A stretch of 64,000 nucleotides of DNA from an uncultured Acidimicrobiales bacterium. Its GTDB lineage: Bacteria; Actinomycetota; Acidimicrobiia; Acidimicrobiales; SHLQ01. Under the pieces are notes generated by a model. It was not told the origin of the DNA. It did no database searches and saw only the letters and a program-made list of their open reading frames with translations. Within the stretch, counting starts at the first letter, position 1. Every line of letters starts with the position of its first letter. Shown piece by piece: positions 37,903-46,843 of the stretch. The stretch lies in assembly GCA_938015295.1 (NCBI GenBank), contig CALLQB010000003.1, forward strand, positions 27,640 to 91,639. The letters run 5' to 3'. The translations under genes were made by a program, and so were the position numbers.

Positions 37903-38307
37903 ATGTCTAACAACCCTGCTGAGAACACTGCTGAGAACGCTGCTGAGAACACTGCCCTGACGACTCGCTGGATTACCGAAATGGGGATGGGTGTCGACGT
38001 GCACGGCCACGACTACACCAAGGCTGCGAGGCGCGCTGTTTCTGATGCTCTGCGGCACAGCAGCCTGAACTTCTTTCGGGCGACCAACAAGACCGTGCAC
38101 GACATGTTTGTCGAGGTGCGAATTGGCGTCCAACGCCCCGACGACGTCGACCTTGCCGCGGTGGCTGAAGAGGTGCCCTACGGGACAGTGACCGTCACTG
38201 CGCAGATGGGTGGACTCGATGTTGCGGCCGAACCGAGCGACAACCGGCCGGCGGGTGACGGCATCGTCATTGCGAACGCGGCGATTTTGGTGAGCTTTAC
38301 CGACTAG
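37903..38307 (+). CDS. Lin0512-family protein (conserved, function unknown)
   Basis: ORF track 37825..38307 trimmed to ATG 37903. The core EMGMGVDVHGHDYTKAARRAVSDAL matches my memory of the Lin0512 family. The N-terminus carries the AENT/AENA/AENT repeat. Confidence 0.5.
   Translation: MSNNPAENTAENAAENTALTTRWITEMGMGVDVHGHDYTKAARRAVSDALRHSSLNFFRATNKTVHDMFVEVRIGVQRPDDVDLAAVAEEVPYGTVTVTAQMGGLDVAAEPSDNRPAGDGIVIANAAILVSFTD
37918..37953 (+). repeat. 3 x 12-nt tandem repeat GCTGAGAAC(A/G)CT
   Basis: Read directly. It is in frame within the N-terminus of the Lin0512-type gene, 76 nt from the divergent BVMO start. Confidence 0.85.
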
Positions 38308-38343
38308 TTCTTTGACAGGTTGTTTGGACGAGTGTTCGGTGTT

Positions 38344-39450
38344 CTACGGCGTGAACTTGGGGTAATAATTTGCGGCGCCCATCGCTTGTACATCGCTGAC
38401 CCACTCGCTGTCGTAGGGCCAGGCTTCCTCGTTGCCATCTTGTGGGCCTTGCCAGAACCGGGCGAACGCACCTTCGCCTCCGGGTTCAAGCGACCACGCC
38501 TGACGGCGATACGCGAAGTTGTCGGGAACCAGTTGGTGCGCTTGGCGGAAATGCGGCACGGCGGCATCGTGTTTGCCAGCCTGTTCAAGGTGGGCGGCCA
38601 TGGCGAAGTGCGCCGCACCAGTCGACGTGTCGGCGCTTCGTGGCTGCGAACGTTCGATGACCTGATCGGCTGAAAGTGCGTAGACACTTTCAGCGCCGTT
38701 GGTTACCCAGTCCCGAAGTGCCGCCTCATAGGCCGCCGGGTCGCTTTCGATATTGACCGCTTCGGCCATGATGGCCTGCGCCCGGTCGGGAAATTCGGTC
38801 ATGCCCTCAAAGGGGTTGGTGCGCGGCACATCGATTGACGGCGGCGCCGGAGCAGCCTCGGCCGGACGAACGATCATGCCGTCCTCGTCGATCCAGACGC
38901 TGTTGGGGATGTTGATGATGCCGAACTGACTTGCCACGACGTGGTTGGCATCGATAAGCGACGGATGCTCGGGCTTCGCAGCCTCGATGAAGTGTCGACA
39001 TGCTTCGGCTCCAGCGGTATCCATGCCGACGGTGACGACTTCGAGGCCGTGGGGGTGAAGTTCGTTGCGGAGTGCCTGCCACACGGGCAGGTCGCCGGAG
39101 CAACCTCAATACGGTGACCACGCGACCATCAACACCTTGCTGCCTCGAAGCGATTGGAGCTCGAAGGTAGTGCCATCGAGACGGGGCAGGGTCAGGTTTG
39201 GCGCGACTGCGGTGGCCAGAGCTCGTCCACCCGGTGCCGCTGGTCCAAGGGCCCAGAGATCGTTGTCCTGGTCGTGAACCAACGCAAGGCCGAGCTGGTC
39301 GGCCAGCTCGTCGAGCTGCACCGTGTCGCCAACTGGGGGAGTAGCGAGCGGGATGCAGATTTCGCCTTTGCAGGCCCCTTCGGGTTTGAGTTCCCAACCC
39401 GTGCCTTCTTCGAAGGCAGAGCGGGCGACGGTTAGCGAGTCCGAGATCAT
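38344..39450 (-). CDS. ResA/TlpA-like thiol-disulfide oxidoreductase, probable selenoprotein (in-frame TGA at 39106..39108 read as Sec), with N- and C-terminal extra domains
   Basis: ORFs 39106..39450 and 38344..39084 share one frame. The junction reads ...KVLMVAWSPY-TGA-GCSGDLPVWQALRNEL.... The stop sits at the nucleophilic-Cys column of the redoxin motif, and a SECIS-like hairpin follows. Confidence 0.65.
39068..39097 (-). promoter_or_regulatory. candidate bacterial SECIS stem-loop
   Basis: On the mRNA, the CCUGCC/GGCAGG stem with loop CGUGU (39075..39091) has its apical loop starting 20 nt after the UGA. It can be extended by CGG/CCG pairs across an internal loop. Confidence 0.45.
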
Positions 39451-39574
39451 GTCGGGACCTTACAAGCAATGGCGCTTCCGGCCAGCTTCTCGCAGACGTT
39501 CGCCTCGTTTCCGCCCTACGGGACCAGGGTTTCGGTGGGGGTCGAAGAGGGCTGCGAGGCGCTACGATTCGCCC

Positions 39575-40417
39575 ATGAACGCTCGAAACAAGCTGGTGCT
39601 CGATCGGCTTACGCCCGCGTTGGGTGCCGAGGTTTCCGGGCTGCGTCTCGACGGCGAAATCGACGAAGCACTGGCCGACGAAATATACGGCGCGCTTATC
39701 GATCACCAAGTGCTGATCTTTCGCGATGCCGACCTCTCGCCGGCGACCATGGTCGGCCTAGCGAACAGCTTCGGCGAGCTTGGTGCGCGCCATCACTCCT
39801 ACGTCACCCATCCAGAGAACGACGATGTTGTCATCCTCGAGTGGAAAGACGACGACCGGCCCGACGCTGCTGAGTGGCACGCAGACATGACCTATCGCGC
39901 CCAGCCGCCCTTTGGGACGATTCTTAAAGCTGTCGTGGTGCCGCCGTCGGGCGGCGACACCTTATGGGCCAGCATGTACTCGGTGTACGACGCCCTGTCT
40001 CCCGGGCTGCGCGACGACCTGTCAAAGCTCGAGGCCGTGCATGACATGGGCGCCTTTCGCACCCCGGCGTATCTCGAGGGCGGCAACGATGGCATTCAAG
40101 CTGCGCTGCAGGGTGCGGGTACTGCAGTGCACCCGGTGATTGCTCACCACCCGGTATCCGGGCGACCGTACCTCAACGTCAGCGAGTCCTTTACACGCTT
40201 CGTTATCGGGCTTTCGGCTCCCGAGGGCGGCCGCTTGTTGACCGAACTGTTCGACCTGATCAACCGGCCAGAACATCATGTTCGACTCCGCTGGAAGCCC
40301 AACACCGTGGCGATTTGGGACAACCGCGGCACACAGCACTATGCGTGCGCCGACTATCTGCCGCAGCGTCGGGTCATGCATCGAGTGGCGGTTGTTCGCG
40401 ACGGGCGGGTCGACTAA
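39575..40417 (+). CDS. TauD/TfdA-family Fe(II)/2-oxoglutarate dioxygenase
   Basis: ORF track 39323..40417 trimmed to MNARNKLVLDRLTPALGAEVSGL. It has the H-x-D facial-triad segment EWHADMTY, GGDTLWASM, and C-terminal WDNRGTQHYA. Confidence 0.85.
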   Translation: MNARNKLVLDRLTPALGAEVSGLRLDGEIDEALADEIYGALIDHQVLIFRDADLSPATMVGLANSFGELGARHHSYVTHPENDDVVILEWKDDDRPDAAEWHADMTYRAQPPFGTILKAVVVPPSGGDTLWASMYSVYDALSPGLRDDLSKLEAVHDMGAFRTPAYLEGGNDGIQAALQGAGTAVHPVIAHHPVSGRPYLNVSESFTRFVIGLSAPEGGRLLTELFDLINRPEHHVRLRWKPNTVAIWDNRGTQHYACADYLPQRRVMHRVAVVRDGRVD

Positions 40418-41517
40418 GACGTCGCCCGCTCGGCGGTGAAGGCCTCGACGGCCTGCTCGAAGGCATCGGCGACCCTCGCCAACGCGGAGGGCGTTGTTGC
40501 TGCCTCGGGTGTGTCCTCTGGCGTGTGGAAGTGGATTCCGGCGCCGCTAAATGACAGCAGGGGTACGCCAACCTGTGACCAGGACTGCCCTTCGCCGACC
40601 CAGCTCGTACATGACGTTGTGAGGTTGAGGCCGATCTCGGCGAGCGCCCGAGTGACCGAACCCGATTCGTCGGAGCTTGAGGTTAAGGCCAAGCGCGTTG
40701 TCGCCAAATCGTCTGTGCCCGGGTCGACTACGGCGACGGAGGCGCCGACGTGAATGATGGCAGATACGGCGGGTGGCTGGTTGTCGACCCAGTGTTGCGC
40801 TCCGAACCAGGTGAGCTCGTGTCCGCCGGTGCCGACGACGATGATGTCGCGGTCGGCGAAACGGTCGAGAAGATCGAGGGTGACGGCGATGCCGGTGCCT
40901 CGTTCGCCTGCACAGCCGAACCAGCCGTTGAGCGGCGTGGTGATCATAAGTGGTGGCTTCGTTGCCTTGGCCTTGTTGCTACCGGTGACGTTGTTCGTGA
41001 ATCCGGGCTGCTCGGTGGCCTCGATCTCGAGGCGGCACTGGCCGCCAAGCACGCGTTCGCTGTCGCGTCCGGCGACCAGAACGGTCGGAAACCCCGATCC
41101 TTGGCCGATGATGCGGTTGATCGCGACGAGTGAACCGTCGGGGTGGTCGGTAGCGAGCACAAGGGCGTCTGCTCCCTTGGCCTGAGCGCGCGCAATTGCC
41201 TCCGAGAGGACCTCTGGATGTCCGCCGCTGCGCGGATCGATGACCTCGATGTGCAGACGGTCGGTCTGGAGTTGACCAGTCCACTCGTAGAACACTGGCA
41301 GGTGATCGATTGGCTTGCCACCGACGAGCAATTCGCTCGAAGACGTCCACTGCGAATACTGAACTCGATTGGTTTCCGTGGCGAATCCGCGGGTCGCGAG
41401 GTGTCCGGCAAACCACGACGCGGTGGCGTCGTCGACCTCAGTGCCGGTGCGATGAATGCCGAGATCGAAGTACTGCTCGACGAGTTCGAACAACGTGCTG
41501 CCGGACGCACCACCCAC
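40414..41517 (-). CDS. hypothetical protein, weakly M28-peptidase-like
   Basis: 367 aa. The only recognisable pieces are IVVGTGGHELTWFGAQHW and a C-terminal GIHFHTPEDT reminiscent of M28 family ends. Zinc-ligand motifs are not evident. Confidence 0.35.
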   Translation of the reverse strand: MGGASGSTLFELVEQYFDLGIHRTGTEVDDATASWFAGHLATRGFATETNRVQYSQWTSSSELLVGGKPIDHLPVFYEWTGQLQTDRLHIEVIDPRSGGHPEVLSEAIARAQAKGADALVLATDHPDGSLVAINRIIGQGSGFPTVLVAGRDSERVLGGQCRLEIEATEQPGFTNNVTGSNKAKATKPPLMITTPLNGWFGCAGERGTGIAVTLDLLDRFADRDIIVVGTGGHELTWFGAQHWVDNQPPAVSAIIHVGASVAVVDPGTDDLATTRLALTSSSDESGSVTRALAEIGLNLTTSCTSWVGEGQSWSQVGVPLLSFSGAGIHFHTPEDTPEAATTPSALARVADAFEQAVEAFTAERATS

Positions 41518-41519
41518 GA

Positions 41520-42044
41520 CTAGGCAGACTCTGCGGAGAGTTCGATGTCGAGCATCAAGGTTTCCGCCAATTCTTCGACACAGGCCGTGAGGCTCTCGAG
41601 GGTCTCCTCGGGAGGCACATGAAGCACTGCGTGAGCCTCGAAGAGCAGGCCGCCGGCCATTGGTGCACTGCGAGTCTCGGTTCGCAGCTCGGCAATGCTT
41701 ACGTTTCGTTCGGCTAAGGCACCGGACAAATCGGCAATGATGCCGGGTTGGTCCTGGCCAAGCAGGTCGAGCAGCAGAACCGTCGACGGTTCGGGTGGCG
41801 CTGCACCGGTCTGCTCAACGGTGATGTCAAGGAGCCCGGTTTGCTCAAGCGGCGCCAATGCAGCGACGAAGGCGTCGGCCGACGGATTCGGGATTGTCAC
41901 CATAACAATCCCGGCGAACTTGCCGGCCAGCTGCGACATCTGACTCGTGGTCCAGTTGCCATTGTGCGTGTCGACCACGCCGGCTAGTGCGTCGACGAGA
42001 CCCGACTTATCGTCGCCGATGACGGTGAGAACGAAGGTTGCCAT
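41520..42044 (-). CDS. tandem ACT-domain protein (GcvR-like regulator)
   Basis: 174 aa with two ACT-like repeats: VLTVIGDDKSGLVDALAGVV and LLDLLGQDQPGIIADLSGALAERNVSI. Confidence 0.65.
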   Translation of the reverse strand: MATFVLTVIGDDKSGLVDALAGVVDTHNGNWTTSQMSQLAGKFAGIVMVTIPNPSADAFVAALAPLEQTGLLDITVEQTGAAPPEPSTVLLLDLLGQDQPGIIADLSGALAERNVSIAELRTETRSAPMAGGLLFEAHAVLHVPPEETLESLTACVEELAETLMLDIELSAESA

Positions 42045-42133
42045 GACACCACACTAGAGGGGAATGCGATCTCAAGGCGCCGCCAGAGCCATCCGTTGCA
42101 CCGCGTTGCGTTTTGCCGTTCATCGTTGCGGTG

Positions 42134-43834
42134 TCAGCCGGCTTTATCGTCCAGCGCGAGAGTTGCGTACGAAAGGGGACGGTTTCCGGCATCTCGTTTG
42201 TGGGCGTACATCGCGGCATCTGCCTCGGCGATGAGCTTGTCGGGATCGGTCGCCACCGTGGTAGTCGCTGCAGCCAGGCCGTTGTCGTGAAGGATATGCG
42301 AGTAGCCGCACGACGCGACGATTGGTGGGAGCGTGGGAGCGTCGGCGTCGAGGTCGTTGACGGCGTCGAGTAATCGTTGTGCCAGCGCGGCGACCTGATC
42401 GGCCGTGGTTTCCGGACAGATGACAATGAATTCATCGCCGCCAAGACGTCCGACGATGTCGGAGTCGCGCGCAGCGCCAGCGAGACGGTTTGCTGTCTCT
42501 TGCAAGAGCTCGTCGCCGATCGCATGCCCGAATGCATCATTTATGGCCTTAAAGCCGTTGAGGTCGAAATAGATCGCGCCAGTTCCGATCGAGCGCCGGT
42601 CTCGGAGAGCCTCGGCAAGACCGGTATGTACGGCGGCGCGGTTGGCCACGCCGGTCAGGTCGTCACGATCGGCGCGGCGTGCCAATTCCACACGAAGCAA
42701 CCACTCATCGGTGATGTCGTCGACACAAATCAGTAGACCGTTCGCACCCTGTTCGTCGACCGCCAGACTTCGCAACGAAAGCCGCACATGGCGGGTGGTG
42801 CCGTCTTTGCGGTGCAGCGTTGCTTCGAGGTTGAAGTCGCTGCCTTCTGCATAGGCGGATTCCGCGACCTCGGTAACCAATTGTTGGGTGTCGACGTCGA
42901 AAAGCTCAAGGTACGAACGAAGTACCGGATGGTGCACGCCAGTAATTTCGTCGAGTCGATCGTTGGCAAAGAGGAGAGCTCCGTGCCGATCGAAGTGCAC
43001 GACGCCGCTGGGCAGAGCATCGGTGAGCCGCAGCAGTAGTTCTTCGCGGGCCCGCAGCTCAGAAAGCGCCTGCATCTCAACCGAAATGTCGAGCAGTTCG
43101 ACCAAAACATAGCCTTCGGCGGCGAGAAGGTTGGTCTCTGTCGACTCGAACCACCGCCATTCGCCCGCAGAAGTTTTGTACTGGGTTCGACCGCGAAGCG
43201 TGCCACCCTCGGTTTGGAGGACATGCAGCCAGCGCGAAACCGCTGTGTCGACGTCGGAGGGGTGCATGCGGTCGAGCCCGGATTGCCCAACGAAGGACTC
43301 CTTGGTCCAGCCCATGAGTGTCTGAGCAGAGGGGTCGAAGGTGAGCGCGACTCCGGCAGCGTCGGCTCGGTAGACGATACGCCGAGGTGCGACCGCCTCG
43401 TCGAACGCGGTGGTTCGCTCGGTCGTTGCGCTGTCATCGGGAACACAGATGAAGACAAAGATGGGGTCGACGCCTACCACGTCGTTCCAATGGTCGACCC
43501 GCAAGGTGTGGCAACGCTGCAGCACGGAAGGGTTGTCGACAAGACGCGTTGCACTGACGCATTCGCCGTTCATACGCGCCTGATAGAACATTCCGACTGC
43601 ATCGATGCGTTGTTCTGCAGCGACGAGATCGACCGGGGTCGGCGGTTGGCGAAAATTGGTGAAGAGTTCAGCTAGCCAGTCGGGGGGCGCGAGAGTTTCG
43701 GTGCCCTGGGCATTGCTGATCATGACAACCGCATCGGGATGGGCCATGGCGAGTTCGGCAATCTTGGTTCTCGCGGCTTCGCCCATGCGTGTTGTATCGG
43801 CGATACCGTCGGTAAGCTTTACTCGATAGGCCAA
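42134..43834 (-). CDS. PAS-domain diguanylate cyclase (GGDEF)
   Basis: The C-terminal GGDEF domain has DDLTGVANR, FDLNGFKAINDAFGH and RLGGDEFIVI, preceded by PAS-like repeats. The start is at 43834 (16-nt overlap with the upstream gene) or at ATG 43786. Confidence 0.9.
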   Translation of the reverse strand: MAYRVKLTDGIADTTRMGEAARTKIAELAMAHPDAVVMISNAQGTETLAPPDWLAELFTNFRQPPTPVDLVAAEQRIDAVGMFYQARMNGECVSATRLVDNPSVLQRCHTLRVDHWNDVVGVDPIFVFICVPDDSATTERTTAFDEAVAPRRIVYRADAAGVALTFDPSAQTLMGWTKESFVGQSGLDRMHPSDVDTAVSRWLHVLQTEGGTLRGRTQYKTSAGEWRWFESTETNLLAAEGYVLVELLDISVEMQALSELRAREELLLRLTDALPSGVVHFDRHGALLFANDRLDEITGVHHPVLRSYLELFDVDTQQLVTEVAESAYAEGSDFNLEATLHRKDGTTRHVRLSLRSLAVDEQGANGLLICVDDITDEWLLRVELARRADRDDLTGVANRAAVHTGLAEALRDRRSIGTGAIYFDLNGFKAINDAFGHAIGDELLQETANRLAGAARDSDIVGRLGGDEFIVICPETTADQVAALAQRLLDAVNDLDADAPTLPPIVASCGYSHILHDNGLAAATTTVATDPDKLIAEADAAMYAHKRDAGNRPLSYATLALDDKAG

Positions 43835-45252
43835 CCCGAAAGTGATTTCACTTCCAGGAAGTCTTCGATGCCGTAACGGCCTCCCTCGCGGCCGTTACCC
43901 GATTGCTTGTAGCCGCCAAACGGTGCGTTCGGTGCTCGACCTGAGCCATTGATTTGCACCACCCCGGCACGAATCTGCCGGGCAAGTCTCTGTACTCGCT
44001 CGCGGTCGTGTCCTTGGATATACGCGGCGAGGCCGTACGGCGTGTCGTTGGCCATTTCGGCCGCCTGCTCATCGGATGCGAACTTGCTGATCGCAAGCAC
44101 TGGACCAAAGATTTCTTCGTGCCAGATGGTCATGTCCGGGGTGACGTCGGCAAAGACGGTGGGCCGCACAAACCAGCCCTTGTCCAAGCCTTCGGGGCGG
44201 CCGACGCCGCCCGCAACCAGCCGGGCGCCTTCGTCGATGCCAACTTGGATCAGATGCTGAACTTTGTTGAATTGGGCCTCTGACACGAGTGGTCCGAGGT
44301 GACGCCCTTCTTCGGAGGCAACATTTACTTCGGTCGCGTTTGCGGCCGCAGCAGCAAGTTCGACAGCCTCGTCGTAGGCATCGTCCTCAACCAACATGCG
44401 GGTGGGGGAGATGCACGATTGGCCGGTGTTGTTGAAGCACATGCCAACGCCTGCCGGCACCGAGGCCTCGATGCCGGAATCGGCAAAGATGACGTTGGGA
44501 GATTTGCCACCGAGTTCGAGTGACACCCGTTTCACAGTGTCGGCAGCCGCCTTACTGATAGCCATGCCAGCGCGGGTTGAGCCAGTGAAGGAGATGAGGT
44601 CGACCTCGGGATGGCTGGTGAGCGAGGTTCCGGTTCCGGCGCCGTCGCCCTGGATGAGGTTGAAGACTCCCGCAGGGATGTCGGCCTCGTCACAGAACTC
44701 GGCAAACAGCGCTGCCGAGACCGGAGCGATTTCTGAGGGCTTGAGCACCATCGTGCAGCCCGCAGCCATAGCGGCTCCGACCTTCAGGCAGATTTGGTTC
44801 ATCGGCCAGTTCCACGGAGTGATCAATGCGGCTACGCCCGCTGCTTCGAGAGCCACGAGGTGCTCGGGGCCATTGAGTTCACGAGTGAATTCCATCGCTG
44901 CGAGTTCTTTGGCGAACGTCTTGAGGTGGCCGAGGCCAACGGGCGCCTGCGCCCGGCGAGAGAGGTCGAGCGGGGCGCCCATCTCTTCCGAAATCGTTAC
45001 CGCCATTTCGTCTGCGCGAGCTTCGAACACAGCGATGAGACGCTCGAGGGCGGCGACACGCTCGCTCGGATCGGTGGTCGACCAGCTTGGGAACGCACGG
45101 CGGGCGGCCATGACCGCTTGGTCGACCTCGTCGGCTGAGGCCCAGGCTGTCTCGGTGAACTGCTCCTCTGTGGAGGGGTTGAAAACCGCCTGCCGTTCGG
45201 AAGTCGCAGGTTCCTGCCATTGGCCGTCGATGTAAAAGCTGCTGCTGTTCAT
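43819..45252 (-). CDS. NAD(P)-dependent aldehyde dehydrogenase
   Basis: 477 aa. Motifs: WNWP, FTGSTRAG, ELGGKSP, the catalytic Cys segment NTGQSCISPTR, and EEIFGPV. Confidence 0.92.
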   Translation of the reverse strand: MNSSSFYIDGQWQEPATSERQAVFNPSTEEQFTETAWASADEVDQAVMAARRAFPSWSTTDPSERVAALERLIAVFEARADEMAVTISEEMGAPLDLSRRAQAPVGLGHLKTFAKELAAMEFTRELNGPEHLVALEAAGVAALITPWNWPMNQICLKVGAAMAAGCTMVLKPSEIAPVSAALFAEFCDEADIPAGVFNLIQGDGAGTGTSLTSHPEVDLISFTGSTRAGMAISKAAADTVKRVSLELGGKSPNVIFADSGIEASVPAGVGMCFNNTGQSCISPTRMLVEDDAYDEAVELAAAAANATEVNVASEEGRHLGPLVSEAQFNKVQHLIQVGIDEGARLVAGGVGRPEGLDKGWFVRPTVFADVTPDMTIWHEEIFGPVLAISKFASDEQAAEMANDTPYGLAAYIQGHDRERVQRLARQIRAGVVQINGSGRAPNAPFGGYKQSGNGREGGRYGIEDFLEVKSLSGWPIE

Positions 45253-45323
45253 CCGTTCAGTCTAGAGGAGGAGGTAGAGCAGCTCGCTGGCAGGTCGTGC
45301 TGATTCCCGCCTGTCGGATGCGG

Positions 45324-46841
45324 TCACGGGTCGCCGTCGCCGATTTGTTCCTTGCGTCGGGCGACGTAGTCGTCGAGTTGATCGGCACGCGCGCTATCGA
45401 GAGCCGGCTCGACGTAGTCCTCGAGAGCGTCCTGCCAGACCTTCGTCGCCCGTTGGGTGGCGGTGAGCGCTCCCGAGTCGGTCCACGCTCCATGGTTCTG
45501 CCAGTCAGAGATCATCGGGGCGTAGAAGGCGTCGGTGTAGCGGGCAAGCGTGTGCTCATCGCCGAAGAAGTGGCCGCCAGTTGGGACTCGGCTCATCGCG
45601 TCGAAGGCCAAGGCGTCGTCGGAGAGATCGATTGGGGTGAGGAACTCCATCATGTGTTGCAGCATCTCGACGTCGAGCACCAGTTTTTCGTAGCTGGCCT
45701 GCAGGCCGCCTTCCATCCATCCCGCAGCGTGGTAGATGAGGTTGGTGCCGCCGAGCACACAACCCCATAGCGACATTTGGGTTTCGTACGCCGCTTGCGC
45801 ATCGACGACGTTCGAGGCGCTGGAGTTCGATGCCCGGTAGGGGAGGTCGTAGCGCCTCGCGAGCTGACCAGCGGCCACGTTGGCCTTGGCGTGTTCGGGC
45901 GTGCCGAAAGCTGGCGACCCCGACTTCATGTCGACGTTCGAGGTGAAGGAGCCGTACATGACCGGCGCTCCGGGGCGGGTAAGTTGCGTGAGCGCAATGC
46001 CGAACAGGGCTTCGGCGTTCTGTTGGGTCAGTGCTGCGCCGAGGGTCACCGGGGTCATCGCTCCCATCAACGTGAACGGCGTGACCGATACCGCCTGACC
46101 GTGTTCGGCCATCGTCATAAGACCCAACGCCATCTCCTCATCGAACCGGCGGGGTGAATTGACGTTGATGATGGTCGTTACGCCGGGAGACTCGGCCATC
46201 TCTTCGATGCTGATGCCGCGGCTGATGGCCATCATCTCAATGCCGTCGAGGGCTCGGCCGCGGCCGATGGACAAGCAGTGAAAACTGAGGTCCGACAGGG
46301 TGAGGTTGGCCCGGTAGGCATCGAGATGTCGACTGTTGGCGGGAAGCTCGAGAGGCGAGGCCACCTGATTGCCGATGATGTGAATGGCGTTGAAATAGTG
46401 GGCGAGACGGATGAAGTTTTCGTAGTCGTCCATATTCGACGGCCGACGGCCCCGCACCTCGTCGTGGACGCTCGGCGGCCCCGCGACCAGGCCAAAGGCT
46501 AGGTGGTTGCCGCCCATGGTCAGCTCTTTGTCGGGGTTGCGTGACGTAAGAGTGAACGAGCTTGGCGTGGAAGCCAGGGCAGCTTCGATGATGTCGCGCC
46601 CAACCCGTACGGTTTCGCCCTCGACGATCGCACCTGCGTCGGTGAAGAGTTTCCTGGCTTCGGCGCTCCACAGTTCGATGCCGAGCTCTTCGAGAATACG
46701 CAGCGACGCCTCGTGGATCCGCTCGACGCCTTCGGGGTCGAGAATAGGGAGCGTTCCGTGCGGATTGGTGACCTGTCGCCAGGGGAGTTGGGCGACCTTT
46801 GCTTGTGGACCGGTTGACCGTGGGCGACCTCGACGGGTCAC
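45324..46841 (-). CDS. MttB-superfamily methyltransferase, non-pyrrolysine type (quaternary-amine/betaine methyltransferase-like)
   Basis: 505 aa with a basic N-terminus, then LPILDPEGVERIHEASLRILEELGIE...ARKLFTDAGA, typical of trimethylamine methyltransferase family proteins. There is no internal TAG. Confidence 0.8.
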   Translation of the reverse strand: MTRRGRPRSTGPQAKVAQLPWRQVTNPHGTLPILDPEGVERIHEASLRILEELGIELWSAEARKLFTDAGAIVEGETVRVGRDIIEAALASTPSSFTLTSRNPDKELTMGGNHLAFGLVAGPPSVHDEVRGRRPSNMDDYENFIRLAHYFNAIHIIGNQVASPLELPANSRHLDAYRANLTLSDLSFHCLSIGRGRALDGIEMMAISRGISIEEMAESPGVTTIINVNSPRRFDEEMALGLMTMAEHGQAVSVTPFTLMGAMTPVTLGAALTQQNAEALFGIALTQLTRPGAPVMYGSFTSNVDMKSGSPAFGTPEHAKANVAAGQLARRYDLPYRASNSSASNVVDAQAAYETQMSLWGCVLGGTNLIYHAAGWMEGGLQASYEKLVLDVEMLQHMMEFLTPIDLSDDALAFDAMSRVPTGGHFFGDEHTLARYTDAFYAPMISDWQNHGAWTDSGALTATQRATKVWQDALEDYVEPALDSARADQLDDYVARRKEQIGDGDP

Positions 46842-46843
46842 CC

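Noticed and set aside
37918-37953. CRISPR array or other long repeat array
   Set aside because: The only tandem repeats in the window are 2-3 units of 12-18 nt with no spacers. No cas genes are present.
40414-41517. Annotating 40414..41517 as an active M28 aminopeptidase
   Set aside because: Only two short C-terminal segments resemble the family, and I could not find the canonical zinc-ligand motifs. It is kept as hypothetical.
43819-43834. 16-nt overlap between the aldehyde dehydrogenase stop and the GGDEF gene start as a recoding or frameshift site
   Set aside because: An in-frame ATG at 43786 gives an equally plausible non-overlapping start. There is no slippery sequence or structure.
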